IMG/VR virus record: IMGVR_UViG_3300045988_147571 | DNA: 64,000 nt | Direction: 5' to 3' (one strand) | Source of the DNA: a virus | Shown here: piece by piece, positions 26,825-35,825 of the stretch | How the letters are laid out: every line of letters begins with the position of its first letter | How positions within the stretch are numbered: position 1 is the first letter of the stretch | The notes under the pieces: generated by a model | The model's database searches: none | Told to the model about the DNA's origin: nothing | The model's input: only the letters and a program-made list of their open reading frames with translations | Translations under genes and position numbers: made by a program

Positions 26825-27592
26825 TTAACCCATATGATTACATGAATATTCTGATATTCCTTCTAATCTTTCAACTACATAGTCAGGCAAATATCCACAT
26901 TCTGAACATACACAAATTTTACCAAGAACATATAGGCATACCTTATCTTCTGGGATGTCTTTCCCTTTGAACAATTCAGCCATAGAATCACATTCTTCGC
27001 TTCTATCTTTCTCACAATAGTATTGTGCAGGACATCTGTTACATCCATAAACAACACCTTCAAAATTGGGAAAATACCAATTTAATATATCTGACTCAAT
27101 TCCATTACCGTTATCTCCTGAGCACTCTATCATTTGTGTACTGAAATCAAGAGGGACATACGGATCATTGCAGGAAAAGTCTCTTATATAAAAAGGTGCA
27201 TGAACTCCGATTTCCATTTTAGAAATCCAAAAATTGACATAGTCTTTGTATGTCTCACAGTTGATCCAATCAATTACTCCCGGTAATTCTTCATAATGGT
27301 CAAGGCCAAACATCAATCTCAACTGAGTGTCAGCAATTTTTGTACAGTCCCACGATTTCTTTGAGTGTAAATATTTACCTCTTTTTTCAGTAACAACTTC
27401 AAACACATCAGGATAATATTCTTCTACATAGCTATACATTTCAGAGCAAGATTTATAATATTGTTTATAAAATTCTTTTATTTCTTGATATGCCGAATCA
27501 ATAGTTACTGTGTTGTCGTTTGCTTTGCCAATAATAAAACTTGAAGAACTACTATTGGTTACAAACCCGTTACGAATCTTCAATGGTATCAC
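26825..27592 (-). CDS. GFVTNSSSSS-motif family protein, copy 3 (long, Cys-rich C-terminus)
   Basis: MIPLKIRNGFVTNSSSSSFIIGK. The C-terminal part has several CxxC pairs. Confidence 0.7.
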   Translation of the reverse strand: MIPLKIRNGFVTNSSSSSFIIGKANDNTVTIDSAYQEIKEFYKQYYKSCSEMYSYVEEYYPDVFEVVTEKRGKYLHSKKSWDCTKIADTQLRLMFGLDHYEELPGVIDWINCETYKDYVNFWISKMEIGVHAPFYIRDFSCNDPYVPLDFSTQMIECSGDNGNGIESDILNWYFPNFEGVVYGCNRCPAQYYCEKDRSEECDSMAELFKGKDIPEDKVCLYVLGKICVCSECGYLPDYVVERLEGISEYSCNHMG

Positions 27593-28130
27593 CTCTTCCT
27601 ATATCATATGCTCTTTTACAGTACTTCCAATCATCACACAACGATCCATCCATTTTCTTGTAGCAGCCTTTACACAGGTACTCTCTACTTTCTATGATTT
27701 TATTAAACTGCTCATAGTTCGCATAAAATTCTTTCCGGTAAGTTCCATCTTCATCTTCAATAGTACCTAAATAACCACCATCTACTTCATCAAGAATACT
27801 AGAATCAAAATATGGATACAGAAAATCATAAATATCTTGTCCTAAGTCTTCACCTAAATACATATACCCTTTCATACAGAAGCTAGCAGTTAGGAACCAC
27901 ATTCCTTCTGAAAATTCTAATGTGTAAGTTGGATATAAAACTCTATAATGATTCATCCACTTGGACTCTTTTAGTTCTTTATGTTGTAACAATGGTTTTA
28001 TATCTCTATCACGGCTCCGCTCACTTGTAATAATTGACAAATCATGTAATAACTCATCTGGAAGACTCCTTTTCAAGGCAAAAATCAGTCTTCCCTCATA
28101 ATAATTTCCCATCTTCCTGCACCCTTTCAA
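27570..28130 (-). CDS. hypothetical protein
   Basis: 186-aa ORF on the coding strand. Confidence 0.55.
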   Translation of the reverse strand: MKGCRKMGNYYEGRLIFALKRSLPDELLHDLSIITSERSRDRDIKPLLQHKELKESKWMNHYRVLYPTYTLEFSEGMWFLTASFCMKGYMYLGEDLGQDIYDFLYPYFDSSILDEVDGGYLGTIEDEDGTYRKEFYANYEQFNKIIESREYLCKGCYKKMDGSLCDDWKYCKRAYDIGRGDTIEDS

Positions 28131-28401
28131 ATATATAAATAGAGTTTAAAGTTGTCACCTTCAATTTGTTTATATTTTCACTTATTGAAATAATATAGCT
28201 CGTAAACAGATATAATCCTTCGATAGGTGTCCCATCTGATTCCCGAACATACCTAATAACCATAGATCTATCTACTTGGAGCTTATTCGAATCAATTTCA
28301 ACAACTCGGCCAATTCGTTTAGGATAGCGTCCATCTGTTCTTTCCGTTCCAAAATCTCCACAAGTACCAGTATGTAGAATCTGTTTTATTTTATATAACA
28401 T
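28096..28401 (-). CDS. hypothetical protein
   Basis: 101-aa ORF on the coding strand. Confidence 0.5.
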   Translation of the reverse strand: MLYKIKQILHTGTCGDFGTERTDGRYPKRIGRVVEIDSNKLQVDRSMVIRYVRESDGTPIEGLYLFTSYIISISENINKLKVTTLNSIYIFERVQEDGKLL

Positions 28402-28409
28402 AGCGCCTC

Positions 28410-28868
28410 CTAATGATGACTAATAGCAGCAAGACAACAATTCATATTCGGTGCAACATGATGTTCAAGGGTTGAATACCTAAAACCATCCTCGTCTGAA
28501 TAATTAATCTCTACAAATACAGAGTACCCTTGCATATCTTCCTCTAACTCAGACACCCTATCTGTTATTGCTTTATTGAGCTTATTCTGGAACTCTTTCG
28601 TTTCTCGTATTTCGAACTTCTTATCATAAGGTACATCAAGTCTATACTCTAAATCCCAGAGAGTATCATAATAAATTTCTTTTGAGTACCCTTTCAAAAC
28701 TTCATCTTTAGTCAATTTTGTAGCTCTCATTACATCTTCCAGGACTTCATCAAAATATTCTTTGAGATCCTCTGCTTCCAGTTCTTTTTTGATATTCTCT
28801 TCGCTTGTAAAACCAAGAATGAAACTACTACTGCTGCTATTAGTTACGAATCCTTTTCTAATTTTCAT
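28410..28868 (-). CDS. GFVTNSSSSS-motif family protein, copy 4
   Basis: I prefer the start MKIRKGFVTNSSSSSFILGF at 28868, which forms an ATGA overlap with the upstream stop. Confidence 0.7.
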   Translation of the reverse strand: MKIRKGFVTNSSSSSFILGFTSEENIKKELEAEDLKEYFDEVLEDVMRATKLTKDEVLKGYSKEIYYDTLWDLEYRLDVPYDKKFEIRETKEFQNKLNKAITDRVSELEEDMQGYSVFVEINYSDEDGFRYSTLEHHVAPNMNCCLAAISHH

Positions 28869-29137
28869 GACCAGTCCTCCCATTCAACAATATCTCTGTT
28901 AATACCAATTAGCCTTAAAAACTTATTCATATCTCCATTGTCCATACATGTGAAGCCTCTAATTTCAAAATTTGTTTCATTAATATCCCAACAGTCGTCA
29001 AATTCATTCATTCCAACCTCTTTGGCAGCTTCAAAGTAATTTTTAATCTTTTCAATCTGATTGTCTGTTAAATCACTTCTAGCAATAGTAAAACTGGATG
29101 AAGAACTATTGGTTACAAAGCCTATTCTTAATTTCAT
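28865..29137 (-). CDS. GFVTNSSSSS-motif family protein, copy 5 (short)
   Basis: MKLRIGFVTNSSSSSFTIAR. 90 aa. Confidence 0.7.
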   Translation of the reverse strand: MKLRIGFVTNSSSSSFTIARSDLTDNQIEKIKNYFEAAKEVGMNEFDDCWDINETNFEIRGFTCMDNGDMNKFLRLIGINRDIVEWEDWS

Positions 29138-29240
29138 ACGTCCTCCTCTATAATTTTGTAATTGTGTTCTTGTGCATAAGTTTTTGTATGAGTGTCACAT
29201 GTAGCACAAGTATAGACTTCTTTATTCATTCCATTAAAAT

Positions 29241-29552
29241 TTATCTGGCAAAATCTCTCGCTTTTGCTTCGGCTTCAAAATGATTCTGTGCTTTTATGGC
29301 TACATATTCTTTGAAATAAGTATCTATACACACCAGATAGTACTCTTTAGGCTCTTCTGAAACCTCTTCATACATAGCACTAAGGTCATCAGTGTCAAAA
29401 TCTATTGTTTTACTCTCTGGATCACAATGAATATATCCATTCTTTTCCCCTTCGAAATGGACAATACCATCCTGAGGCAACCGCTGCAGAGCTTCAATCA
29501 TCTCTGCAACAGTTGTTTCCTCACACCTCACTCTCTTGTTAATATCTAACAT
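29241..29552 (-). CDS. hypothetical protein
   Basis: 103-aa ORF on the coding strand. Confidence 0.5.
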   Translation of the reverse strand: MLDINKRVRCEETTVAEMIEALQRLPQDGIVHFEGEKNGYIHCDPESKTIDFDTDDLSAMYEEVSEEPKEYYLVCIDTYFKEYVAIKAQNHFEAEAKARDFAR

Positions 29553-29563
29553 ATGGCTCCTTT

Positions 29564-29830
29564 CTACTCTGTCACTTTAATGACGTAGATTTTATTTCCA
29601 CGTTTAGCGTATTTGATAACTTCTTTTTCGCCTTCTTCATTGAGTCTCTTGCAGCAATTCATTACTGCAGAAGCTCTTCTCTTAGCTTCAGCCTCATCAT
29701 CATACTCAAAGCACATGTTAGCTCTACTTGTTTTCATAAACTCAACAATAGCTCTTCCTTCTTCTGAAGTAACAAGACCTCTTCTGTTTGCTCCTAACTC
29801 CTCAACCTGTACATCATAGCTCATTTTCAT
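29564..29830 (-). CDS. hypothetical protein
   Basis: 88-aa ORF on the coding strand. Confidence 0.5.
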   Translation of the reverse strand: MKMSYDVQVEELGANRRGLVTSEEGRAIVEFMKTSRANMCFEYDDEAEAKRRASAVMNCCKRLNEEGEKEVIKYAKRGNKIYVIKVTE

Positions 29831-29834
29831 AATT

Positions 29835-30056
29835 TTAGTTCTCCTTTTCTTGTTTATTTAAAATTAATAATTTTAACGAATTTAGCGGCACCATAAAGCA
29901 TCTATTGACAGGACGATCATTCTCCATTACTGGATAGTAGATATTCCCCCAACCATTTGTTTGTTTTTCTCCAGTTAATGTAAAAATTCTATTTTCCCAT
30001 CCTGGAGTACAAGTGTTTTTCATAATAACTTGCAAACCTTTTTTGTTCGGAATCAT
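29835..30056 (-). CDS. hypothetical protein
   Basis: ORF 29835-30119. The internal ATG at 30056 lies just after the upstream stop at 30058. Confidence 0.45.
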   Translation of the reverse strand: MIPNKKGLQVIMKNTCTPGWENRIFTLTGEKQTNGWGNIYYPVMENDRPVNRCFMVPLNSLKLLILNKQEKEN

Positions 30057-30057
30057 A

Positions 30058-30870
30058 TTATATACCTGTTTGCTTTCCAACAAAGTTAATTGGTTTACCA
30101 GTAACCTTGTTAATGCCATGTCCTACTACTTCCAAAACATAATATTCCCAGTATTCACCTTTCTTCCAGTAGTCGGTATCTTCCTCATAATAACCTTCAA
30201 TGTGTTTAACAGCAAATTCTACTGTTCCTTTGAAGTCTTTAATCACTGTTGCAGTAAAAGGTTTTGTTATATGCCAATCGTAGTCTGGATTATATTTCAG
30301 GACTTCATCCAATAAAAATACTGAAACTAATCCAGCATCTGCACAAAACTCACCAATAGCTTCTTTTGTATCAGTGTCAAAAGTAGTACAACTCCAATCT
30401 CCATAGAGAGTATCTCTTGTCATATAGTGAATTATTCCAAGTGCTTCCATATCGTCCCCATAATTACATGTTACCCAATCATCATCTTCTCTCATAATAT
30501 AACAAGGATCTGTAATGATAATATCTCCGTCAAATTCCATTGACATATCAAGATAGTCTTCCCAAGAATCTTTCGATTTATATTTGGCAATTAAATCTTC
30601 TAATTTTGAATTTTTTATAAACTTTGTAAAATTTTCATAGTCACTATCAAAATCCTCATCTTCACCATTGCCACAATAAGACATATACTTCAATCCTAAA
30701 AATGGTATAATACCTCCAGTTGAGCTATACTTGCTTTCTATTGAGTCAATAAAATCATTATAATCTTTATCTGACATGTTCAATGATTTCACAAGTTTTT
30801 CAATCTCTGGTCTCACTGCCTCGCATTCTTCCTGCTTTGCCTTAACCCATTTTTCATCCATAAATTGCAC
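30058..30870 (-). CDS. hypothetical acidic protein
   Basis: 270-aa ORF on the coding strand. Confidence 0.6.
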   Translation of the reverse strand: MQFMDEKWVKAKQEECEAVRPEIEKLVKSLNMSDKDYNDFIDSIESKYSSTGGIIPFLGLKYMSYCGNGEDEDFDSDYENFTKFIKNSKLEDLIAKYKSKDSWEDYLDMSMEFDGDIIITDPCYIMREDDDWVTCNYGDDMEALGIIHYMTRDTLYGDWSCTTFDTDTKEAIGEFCADAGLVSVFLLDEVLKYNPDYDWHITKPFTATVIKDFKGTVEFAVKHIEGYYEEDTDYWKKGEYWEYYVLEVVGHGINKVTGKPINFVGKQTGI

Positions 30871-30907
30871 CTCCTATAAGAATAACCTGTATTATTTACT
30901 TCAAATG

Positions 30908-31351
30908 TCACTTCGAATACAATTCAATCTCTATATGGATATATTTACCCATGTTCCCTTCTAAGATCTTTAACAAGTCATGACCACCACATTTGAATTC
31001 TTCTTCAGTCCAAAGATAACCAGTATAATCACTATACCGATGATAATATTCAGACTCTGTGATTCCTTCCATTGATACAATCTTTGTTTCATCAATGTGA
31101 TCCATATCAATAGGTGTGTCTCCCGTGAGCATTTGAATACTTGCGTATCTGTCAAGCCACCCACATCGGCTTTCCATTTCTTTTGAAAAAGCAAATCCAT
31201 CATTAGATACAACAATTTCTTCACCAGAAAATCTTTTTACTTTCTGGATATTCTGTATTCCAATAATACTATCGGCATCATCTCCTGTATTTACCCATCC
31301 TACTTTTCCATTAAGGATGATAGTATCCTCTAATTTATAACCATCTTTCAT
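30908..31351 (-). CDS. hypothetical protein
   Basis: 147-aa ORF on the coding strand. Confidence 0.55.
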   Translation of the reverse strand: MKDGYKLEDTIILNGKVGWVNTGDDADSIIGIQNIQKVKRFSGEEIVVSNDGFAFSKEMESRCGWLDRYASIQMLTGDTPIDMDHIDETKIVSMEGITESEYYHRYSDYTGYLWTEEEFKCGGHDLLKILEGNMGKYIHIEIELYSK

Positions 31352-31353
31352 AT

Positions 31354-31584
31354 TTATGTTCTCCTTTTCTTTTTCTCTATAAGTGTTCTCAGATTCTGTT
31401 TACCATATATAATAATAGAATAATACTTCAATGCTTCTGGTAATGGTACCGGATTTGCATTTAAAAAGTATCCATAACCATTGCCACATTTATGTTTGGA
31501 ATTTATGGAACTTATTGGACAATTAATATATAAACGCCCATTGCAGAATCCTCTTAACTTGGAGTATATTACATTTTTATTCAT
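31354..31584 (-). CDS. hypothetical protein
   Basis: 76-aa ORF. Its start overlaps the stop of family copy A. Confidence 0.5.
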   Translation of the reverse strand: MNKNVIYSKLRGFCNGRLYINCPISSINSKHKCGNGYGYFLNANPVPLPEALKYYSIIIYGKQNLRTLIEKKKRRT

Positions 31585-31870
31585 GTTTCCTCCTATGGAT
31601 CAAACCCTCTAAAGGACTAATTTCTAACATTTGACTTGTCCAGGCCCACCTATAATTATCTTCTTTTATAGAATATATATCATGAGAATATGAAAAATGT
31701 CCACTTTCTATAGTAACAACACATCCACATAATTTTTTCATGTCACTATTAAATCCTAGCATGACATTAGGCATTTCTCTGTCGGTTTTGCCATACTCTT
31801 TAATAAGTCTTTCAAATGATTTTACTCGGTATTTCCTTCCTATTTTTAATTTTCTAAGCTTTTCCATCAT
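31577..31870 (-). CDS. small tandem-paralog family protein (K-x-G ... L-I-x-R-R), copy A
   Basis: LKIGRKYRVKSF ... MKKLCG ... WAWTSQMLEISPLEGLIHRRKHE. Confidence 0.7.
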   Translation of the reverse strand: MMEKLRKLKIGRKYRVKSFERLIKEYGKTDREMPNVMLGFNSDMKKLCGCVVTIESGHFSYSHDIYSIKEDNYRWAWTSQMLEISPLEGLIHRRKHE

Positions 31871-32187
31871 TTCATCCTTTCATATAGTTTTCTAAACTTT
31901 ACAAAATCTTCTTGTTTACCTCCATTGTCAGGATGAGCTTTAACCATTGCGTAATGAACAGCTTCTTCTATTTCTAAAGATGATGTAATAATTTGGGGCT
32001 TTTTAAGTTTTATTGCAAGTCTTTTATTTTCTTCACATACACATATGATATCGGAGAGTAAAGAGTCATTCTTTATTTTTAATTTATCCACTTCCATTTT
32101 CAAATTTATGTTTTCACCTATACAAGCAAACAAAATTATTAATGTTGCTACCAATACAACACTCAACCCTACTATTTGTACTAACAT
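31867..32187 (-). CDS. membrane-anchored J-domain-like protein
   Basis: N-terminal hydrophobic LVQIVGLSVVLVATLIILFACI. C-terminal VKAHPDNGGKQEDFVKFRKLYE carries the HPD motif. Start at 32187 follows GAGGAGAAAG. Confidence 0.5.
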   Translation of the reverse strand: MLVQIVGLSVVLVATLIILFACIGENINLKMEVDKLKIKNDSLLSDIICVCEENKRLAIKLKKPQIITSSLEIEEAVHYAMVKAHPDNGGKQEDFVKFRKLYERMK

Positions 32188-33245
32188 AAATCTTTCTCCT
32201 CTTTTGTGCACAAGACAATTTCTCTTCTAATCGGGCATCCACCTAAGCAATCACATTGACGACTACAACATTTACAAGAATTCCTGAAATGGCTTCTGAA
32301 ATCATCGAACACATCTGAATCCCATGCTTCCTGAATAGTGTGTTCATTAAGATCAACTGCCCACTTAAGTTCCTGATTGTCAAAGCTACATGGCAGCATT
32401 TTCATATCTGACGTAATATAACCAGAAAATCTTGCTCCTTCACATGGTTCCAGAGTAGAGTTTAAAATCTCTTTTGTAAAATTCAGCAGTCCTGGCACTG
32501 AACATGAATCAAATCCAATCTGAAATTTATAATCATGTTTATCTATCAGAGAGAAAAATTCTTTGACTCTTTCGTCATCAGGAGACAACACATTTGCCTG
32601 AGTGCCTAAACCTACTGGCTTATGAAGTAAAAAGATTACTGCGTTGATGCCATTTGGAAAATCTTCCTGCTGCAAATGTTGAATAGCTTCATCAATAGAA
32701 TTCCGTCCAAGTACATAATGAATATTGGTAGTAACTCCTGCAGATATTAACATGTTAATTGCTTTCTCTGTATATTCGCTTCTATACCAAGAAATAGCTA
32801 CGGCTCCACAGTATTTTTTACAAAGAGATACAATCTCATCTGTAAACCCTAAGCCAGAACTTGTAAAGTTTGGTACAATTCCTTGTGATCTACAATACTT
32901 AAGGATTTCTTCAAAGTCTTCATGCTGATCCACATCCCCTCTACCACCAAGAGCAAATTGAAATGTTTTCCCTTTGCATTCATCTACTATTCTTTTGAAA
33001 TTCTCAAGAGACATATTAGGCTCCTGTGTATGCAGCCCATTCTGATAACACTGAACTCCTGACTGAATGCATAAACCAGATGCTCCATGGACACAATGCC
33101 CCATAACACCGATGTCCAACAAAGCAGGAAAATCTCTCATAAATGGTTCCTTTCCTGTTGTAAGATCATCAGACCGGATATACAATCCTGTCTCCGGATC
33201 AAATGTTTCTACAAAGTTGTTTTTCTTGTCGTGATATTTATACAT
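32181..33245 (-). CDS. radical-SAM/SPASM-like enzyme with non-canonical N-terminal Cys triad
   Basis: LLDIGVMGHCVHGASGLCIQSGVQCY (C-x8-C-x6-C instead of CxxxCxxC), ALGGRGD (GGEP-like), C-terminal CEGARFSGYITSDMKMLPC ... CKCCSRQCDCLGGC (SPASM-like). Start at 33245 lies 8 nt after AGGAG. Confidence 0.5.
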   Translation of the reverse strand: MYKYHDKKNNFVETFDPETGLYIRSDDLTTGKEPFMRDFPALLDIGVMGHCVHGASGLCIQSGVQCYQNGLHTQEPNMSLENFKRIVDECKGKTFQFALGGRGDVDQHEDFEEILKYCRSQGIVPNFTSSGLGFTDEIVSLCKKYCGAVAISWYRSEYTEKAINMLISAGVTTNIHYVLGRNSIDEAIQHLQQEDFPNGINAVIFLLHKPVGLGTQANVLSPDDERVKEFFSLIDKHDYKFQIGFDSCSVPGLLNFTKEILNSTLEPCEGARFSGYITSDMKMLPCSFDNQELKWAVDLNEHTIQEAWDSDVFDDFRSHFRNSCKCCSRQCDCLGGCPIRREIVLCTKEEKDLC

Positions 33246-33513
33246 GAATTTTTCTCCTCTCAATTAATTTTCTTATCCCTGTGGACTCAATCATTTCATT
33301 ATCCCATGACCAACCCTTTGTCTCGTCCTCAAAAAAAGCTAAGGTTTCTCCATGATTAAAAACGGATTTAATTGTATATGTATTCCCACAAAATACAATC
33401 ATTTTTCTTGTAAAAACTGAAGGTGTTGGTATGTTTCCCCGGCGATTAAGCCCATATTCTTTTTTCATTCGTTCCCAAGATTTAATTCTTACTTTCTGTC
33501 CTACTTTATACAT
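33238..33513 (-). CDS. small tandem-paralog family protein, copy B
   Basis: MYKVGQKVRIKSW ... MIVFCG ... WSWDNEMIESTGIRKLIERRKIHV. Confidence 0.75.
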   Translation of the reverse strand: MYKVGQKVRIKSWERMKKEYGLNRRGNIPTPSVFTRKMIVFCGNTYTIKSVFNHGETLAFFEDETKGWSWDNEMIESTGIRKLIERRKIHV

Positions 33514-33782
33514 GCCTGTCTCCTTGTGATTAACATTGATAAGTCTCCTTTTTCAAACATTTCACTTGTAAAAGTCCAATAGTTTCCAGTATTCAAATAA
33601 TAAGCATCATTAAAATTTCGTATATCAATTATCCGTAACTTTTTACCACAATACTTTTTCATTTCTTTTACAAAATACCAAGTCCTGCATGCAATAGAAC
33701 CATGAATAGTGGTGCCAAACTCCTCGGCCATATCATCCCATTGGCGAATCTGGACAATGTCTCCTATTTTGTATTGCCTCAT
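33501..33782 (-). CDS. small tandem-paralog family protein, copy C
   Basis: YKIGDIVQIRQW ... MKKYCG ... WTFTSEMFEKGDLSMLITRRQ. Confidence 0.75.
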   Translation of the reverse strand: MRQYKIGDIVQIRQWDDMAEEFGTTIHGSIACRTWYFVKEMKKYCGKKLRIIDIRNFNDAYYLNTGNYWTFTSEMFEKGDLSMLITRRQACIK

Positions 33783-34029
33783 ACAAACCTCCTATTGGCT
33801 TAACCATATCCATACTCCATATAAACTTTCCTTCATCTTCTTGGACTCTAAAGAGATTATACCAGCCTGTTGTACTAACAACTGTAACAATAGTGCCACA
33901 GTACTTTTTCATACTTAACATAAAGTCGCCCACACATAATATATATGTTTCGGCTACCCCTTCAGCAATTCCGAATTCTCTAACCATATCATCCCAAGAA
34001 CGAACTTTATACTTTTGTCCTACTTTCAT
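33733..34029 (-). CDS. small tandem-paralog family protein, copy D
   Basis: MKVGQKYKVRSW ... MKKYCG ... WSMDMVKPIGGLYEAIQNRR. Its 50-nt tail overlaps the start of copy C. Confidence 0.7.
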   Translation of the reverse strand: MKVGQKYKVRSWDDMVREFGIAEGVAETYILCVGDFMLSMKKYCGTIVTVVSTTGWYNLFRVQEDEGKFIWSMDMVKPIGGLYEAIQNRRHCPDSPMG

Positions 34030-34300
34030 TTCTCACCTCAATCATTCTTTTCAAGCTAGGTACGACCAACATATTCTCAGTAAACAAAAATTGTTCTGAA
34101 GTGTTTATACTTTTTCCTTGGTATACTCCTTCATAAAGAGGATCTTTTCCAATTATACGTATCTTGTCTCCACATAAAACCTTCATCCTAGATAAAAATA
34201 GTATGTCTCCAAAATCTAAAGCTCCAAGATAATCACCATTAGAAGCCTTTTTAAGTTCTTCCCAAGTTTTTAAATAATATGTTTTCCCTATTTTTAACAT
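34007..34300 (-). CDS. small tandem-paralog family protein, copy E
   Basis: MLKIGKTYYLKTW ... MKVLCG ... FTENMLVVPSLKRMIEVR. Confidence 0.7.
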   Translation of the reverse strand: MLKIGKTYYLKTWEELKKASNGDYLGALDFGDILFLSRMKVLCGDKIRIIGKDPLYEGVYQGKSINTSEQFLFTENMLVVPSLKRMIEVRNESRTKV

Positions 34301-34305
34301 AGTCT

Positions 34306-35382
34306 TTACCCAACCATCATGACATCAACTGCATTTTTAAATTTTCTCAGCATTTCCGGATTAGAAGAAATGATTTTCTTTCTTCTTGCTCTTGCCTTTC
34401 CATGCTTATTAATATAACGAGTTTCTAAGTTGTGCCAATTAATTGGAGTCATTTCTCCCATCTTTTTGTATACTTTTCTATATGTAACCATTCCTCCATT
34501 GCTCTTATCTCCATATTTTTCTACAAGAGGCGCAATAATAGAATCTGTTGCATCCTGATTACAGATTGATTCATATTTCTCATACAGATCCCCTAATGCA
34601 GCACTAAAGATAGACCTCAGAGTATCGTTGGCGTAGACAACATCATAAGTACTAAATTTACTTACTGGATTATGCTTCTCTTTATAATCTTTCACTTCCT
34701 GATCCCAACAAATACCATAGTTTTTATTCATATACTTATATACGGTTTTCATTACAGAACCACGATCAGAAAATTTATCACAAGTAGTGAGAGCATCAAT
34801 CATCTGATACATATCATTTTTCCATTTTTTGCCTGGATCCTCTACTTTCTTTACAGGAAGAGGTGTCGTAACAGCTTTCTCCTGAACCATCATAGAAGCT
34901 AAACGTCCCATATCTTCAAAGATTTTATCTACTTTTCTTTCTAATACTTCAATTTTGTTATTGAAATCTGGCAACTGTAACTGGATAACATTCGAGTTAG
35001 TGACTTTCTTCTCAAGGAAAGCTGCTGCCAATACATCTTTTGCCTTGAGCTGATATGTTATAAGTTTTTCTGCTATCCCTGGTTGTTCCTTTCTCATAGT
35101 TGGAGTTACTGAGATTTTAGCCAACCATAATGGTAAATAATCTAACTGTAAGCACATAACATTCTGATTCCCGCCATTAGTAAGGAGGGTAAAATTTTGT
35201 ACCCCCTTTGAAATTACTGAATCCGTCTGCATTTTTCTTCTTTCATATTTAATCCGGTTATCATCTAAACCGATAGCTTCACACACCCAACAAGCACCAA
35301 CCCAAATATTTCCATCAGGATCCTGTGCTGCTTTAAGAATATCTCCGTTAAATTCTACTTCTTTTGCTGTTAATCTATCCAT
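34306..35382 (-). CDS. phage antirepressor-like protein (P22 Ant N-terminal-like, from memory)
   Basis: 358 aa. The pattern NIWVGACWVCEAIGL ... LQLDYLPLWLAKISV resembles antirepressor N-terminal domains. Confidence 0.5.
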   Translation of the reverse strand: MDRLTAKEVEFNGDILKAAQDPDGNIWVGACWVCEAIGLDDNRIKYERRKMQTDSVISKGVQNFTLLTNGGNQNVMCLQLDYLPLWLAKISVTPTMRKEQPGIAEKLITYQLKAKDVLAAAFLEKKVTNSNVIQLQLPDFNNKIEVLERKVDKIFEDMGRLASMMVQEKAVTTPLPVKKVEDPGKKWKNDMYQMIDALTTCDKFSDRGSVMKTVYKYMNKNYGICWDQEVKDYKEKHNPVSKFSTYDVVYANDTLRSIFSAALGDLYEKYESICNQDATDSIIAPLVEKYGDKSNGGMVTYRKVYKKMGEMTPINWHNLETRYINKHGKARARRKKIISSNPEMLRKFKNAVDVMMVG

Positions 35383-35399
35383 AATACTGTTCCTTTCAT

Positions 35400-35825
35400 T
35401 TAAAATTTATGACACTGCATTTTACTTAATCTTTGAGCACTATAGTAAATCTGGTAATAAGAGAATGTATTATACGCATTTAAAGCGTATAGCTCACCGT
35501 TATGAATTTCTTCTTCTATTTTGGAAATATCGTAAGTACCAGAATAAAACTCTTTTTCGTCTTCAGTAACGTCGTTATAAACTAAATCTATAAGAATCTG
35601 CTTAATCTGATCAACAGTGCCAGATACACGCATGAATCTAATGCCATTAACTATTGAACATGAAATAGCAATAATCCATTCTTCTGCGTCTTCGTAGTCA
35701 GCAAGTGCATTCATTACATCATATTCTCTTTCTCCCTCGAAACAAACATCTGGGAAATCACTTCCGTCATGTATTGCAATAGCTTTTTCGCCATCATTAT
35801 TAAATCTTTCAGTCCATCTATTCAT
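35400..35825 (-). CDS. hypothetical protein
   Basis: 141-aa ORF on the coding strand. Confidence 0.55.
   Translation of the reverse strand: MNRWTERFNNDGEKAIAIHDGSDFPDVCFEGEREYDVMNALADYEDAEEWIIAISCSIVNGIRFMRVSGTVDQIKQILIDLVYNDVTEDEKEFYSGTYDISKIEEEIHNGELYALNAYNTFSYYQIYYSAQRLSKMQCHKF

Noticed and set aside
31577-34300. Small paralogs as RiPP precursor peptides for the embedded radical-SAM-like enzyme
   Set aside because: The paralogs are 90-100 aa with conserved hydrophobic core positions throughout, so they look like folded domains. There is no leader/core split or hypervariable core. The idea is kept only as a low-probability alternative in the rSAM finding.
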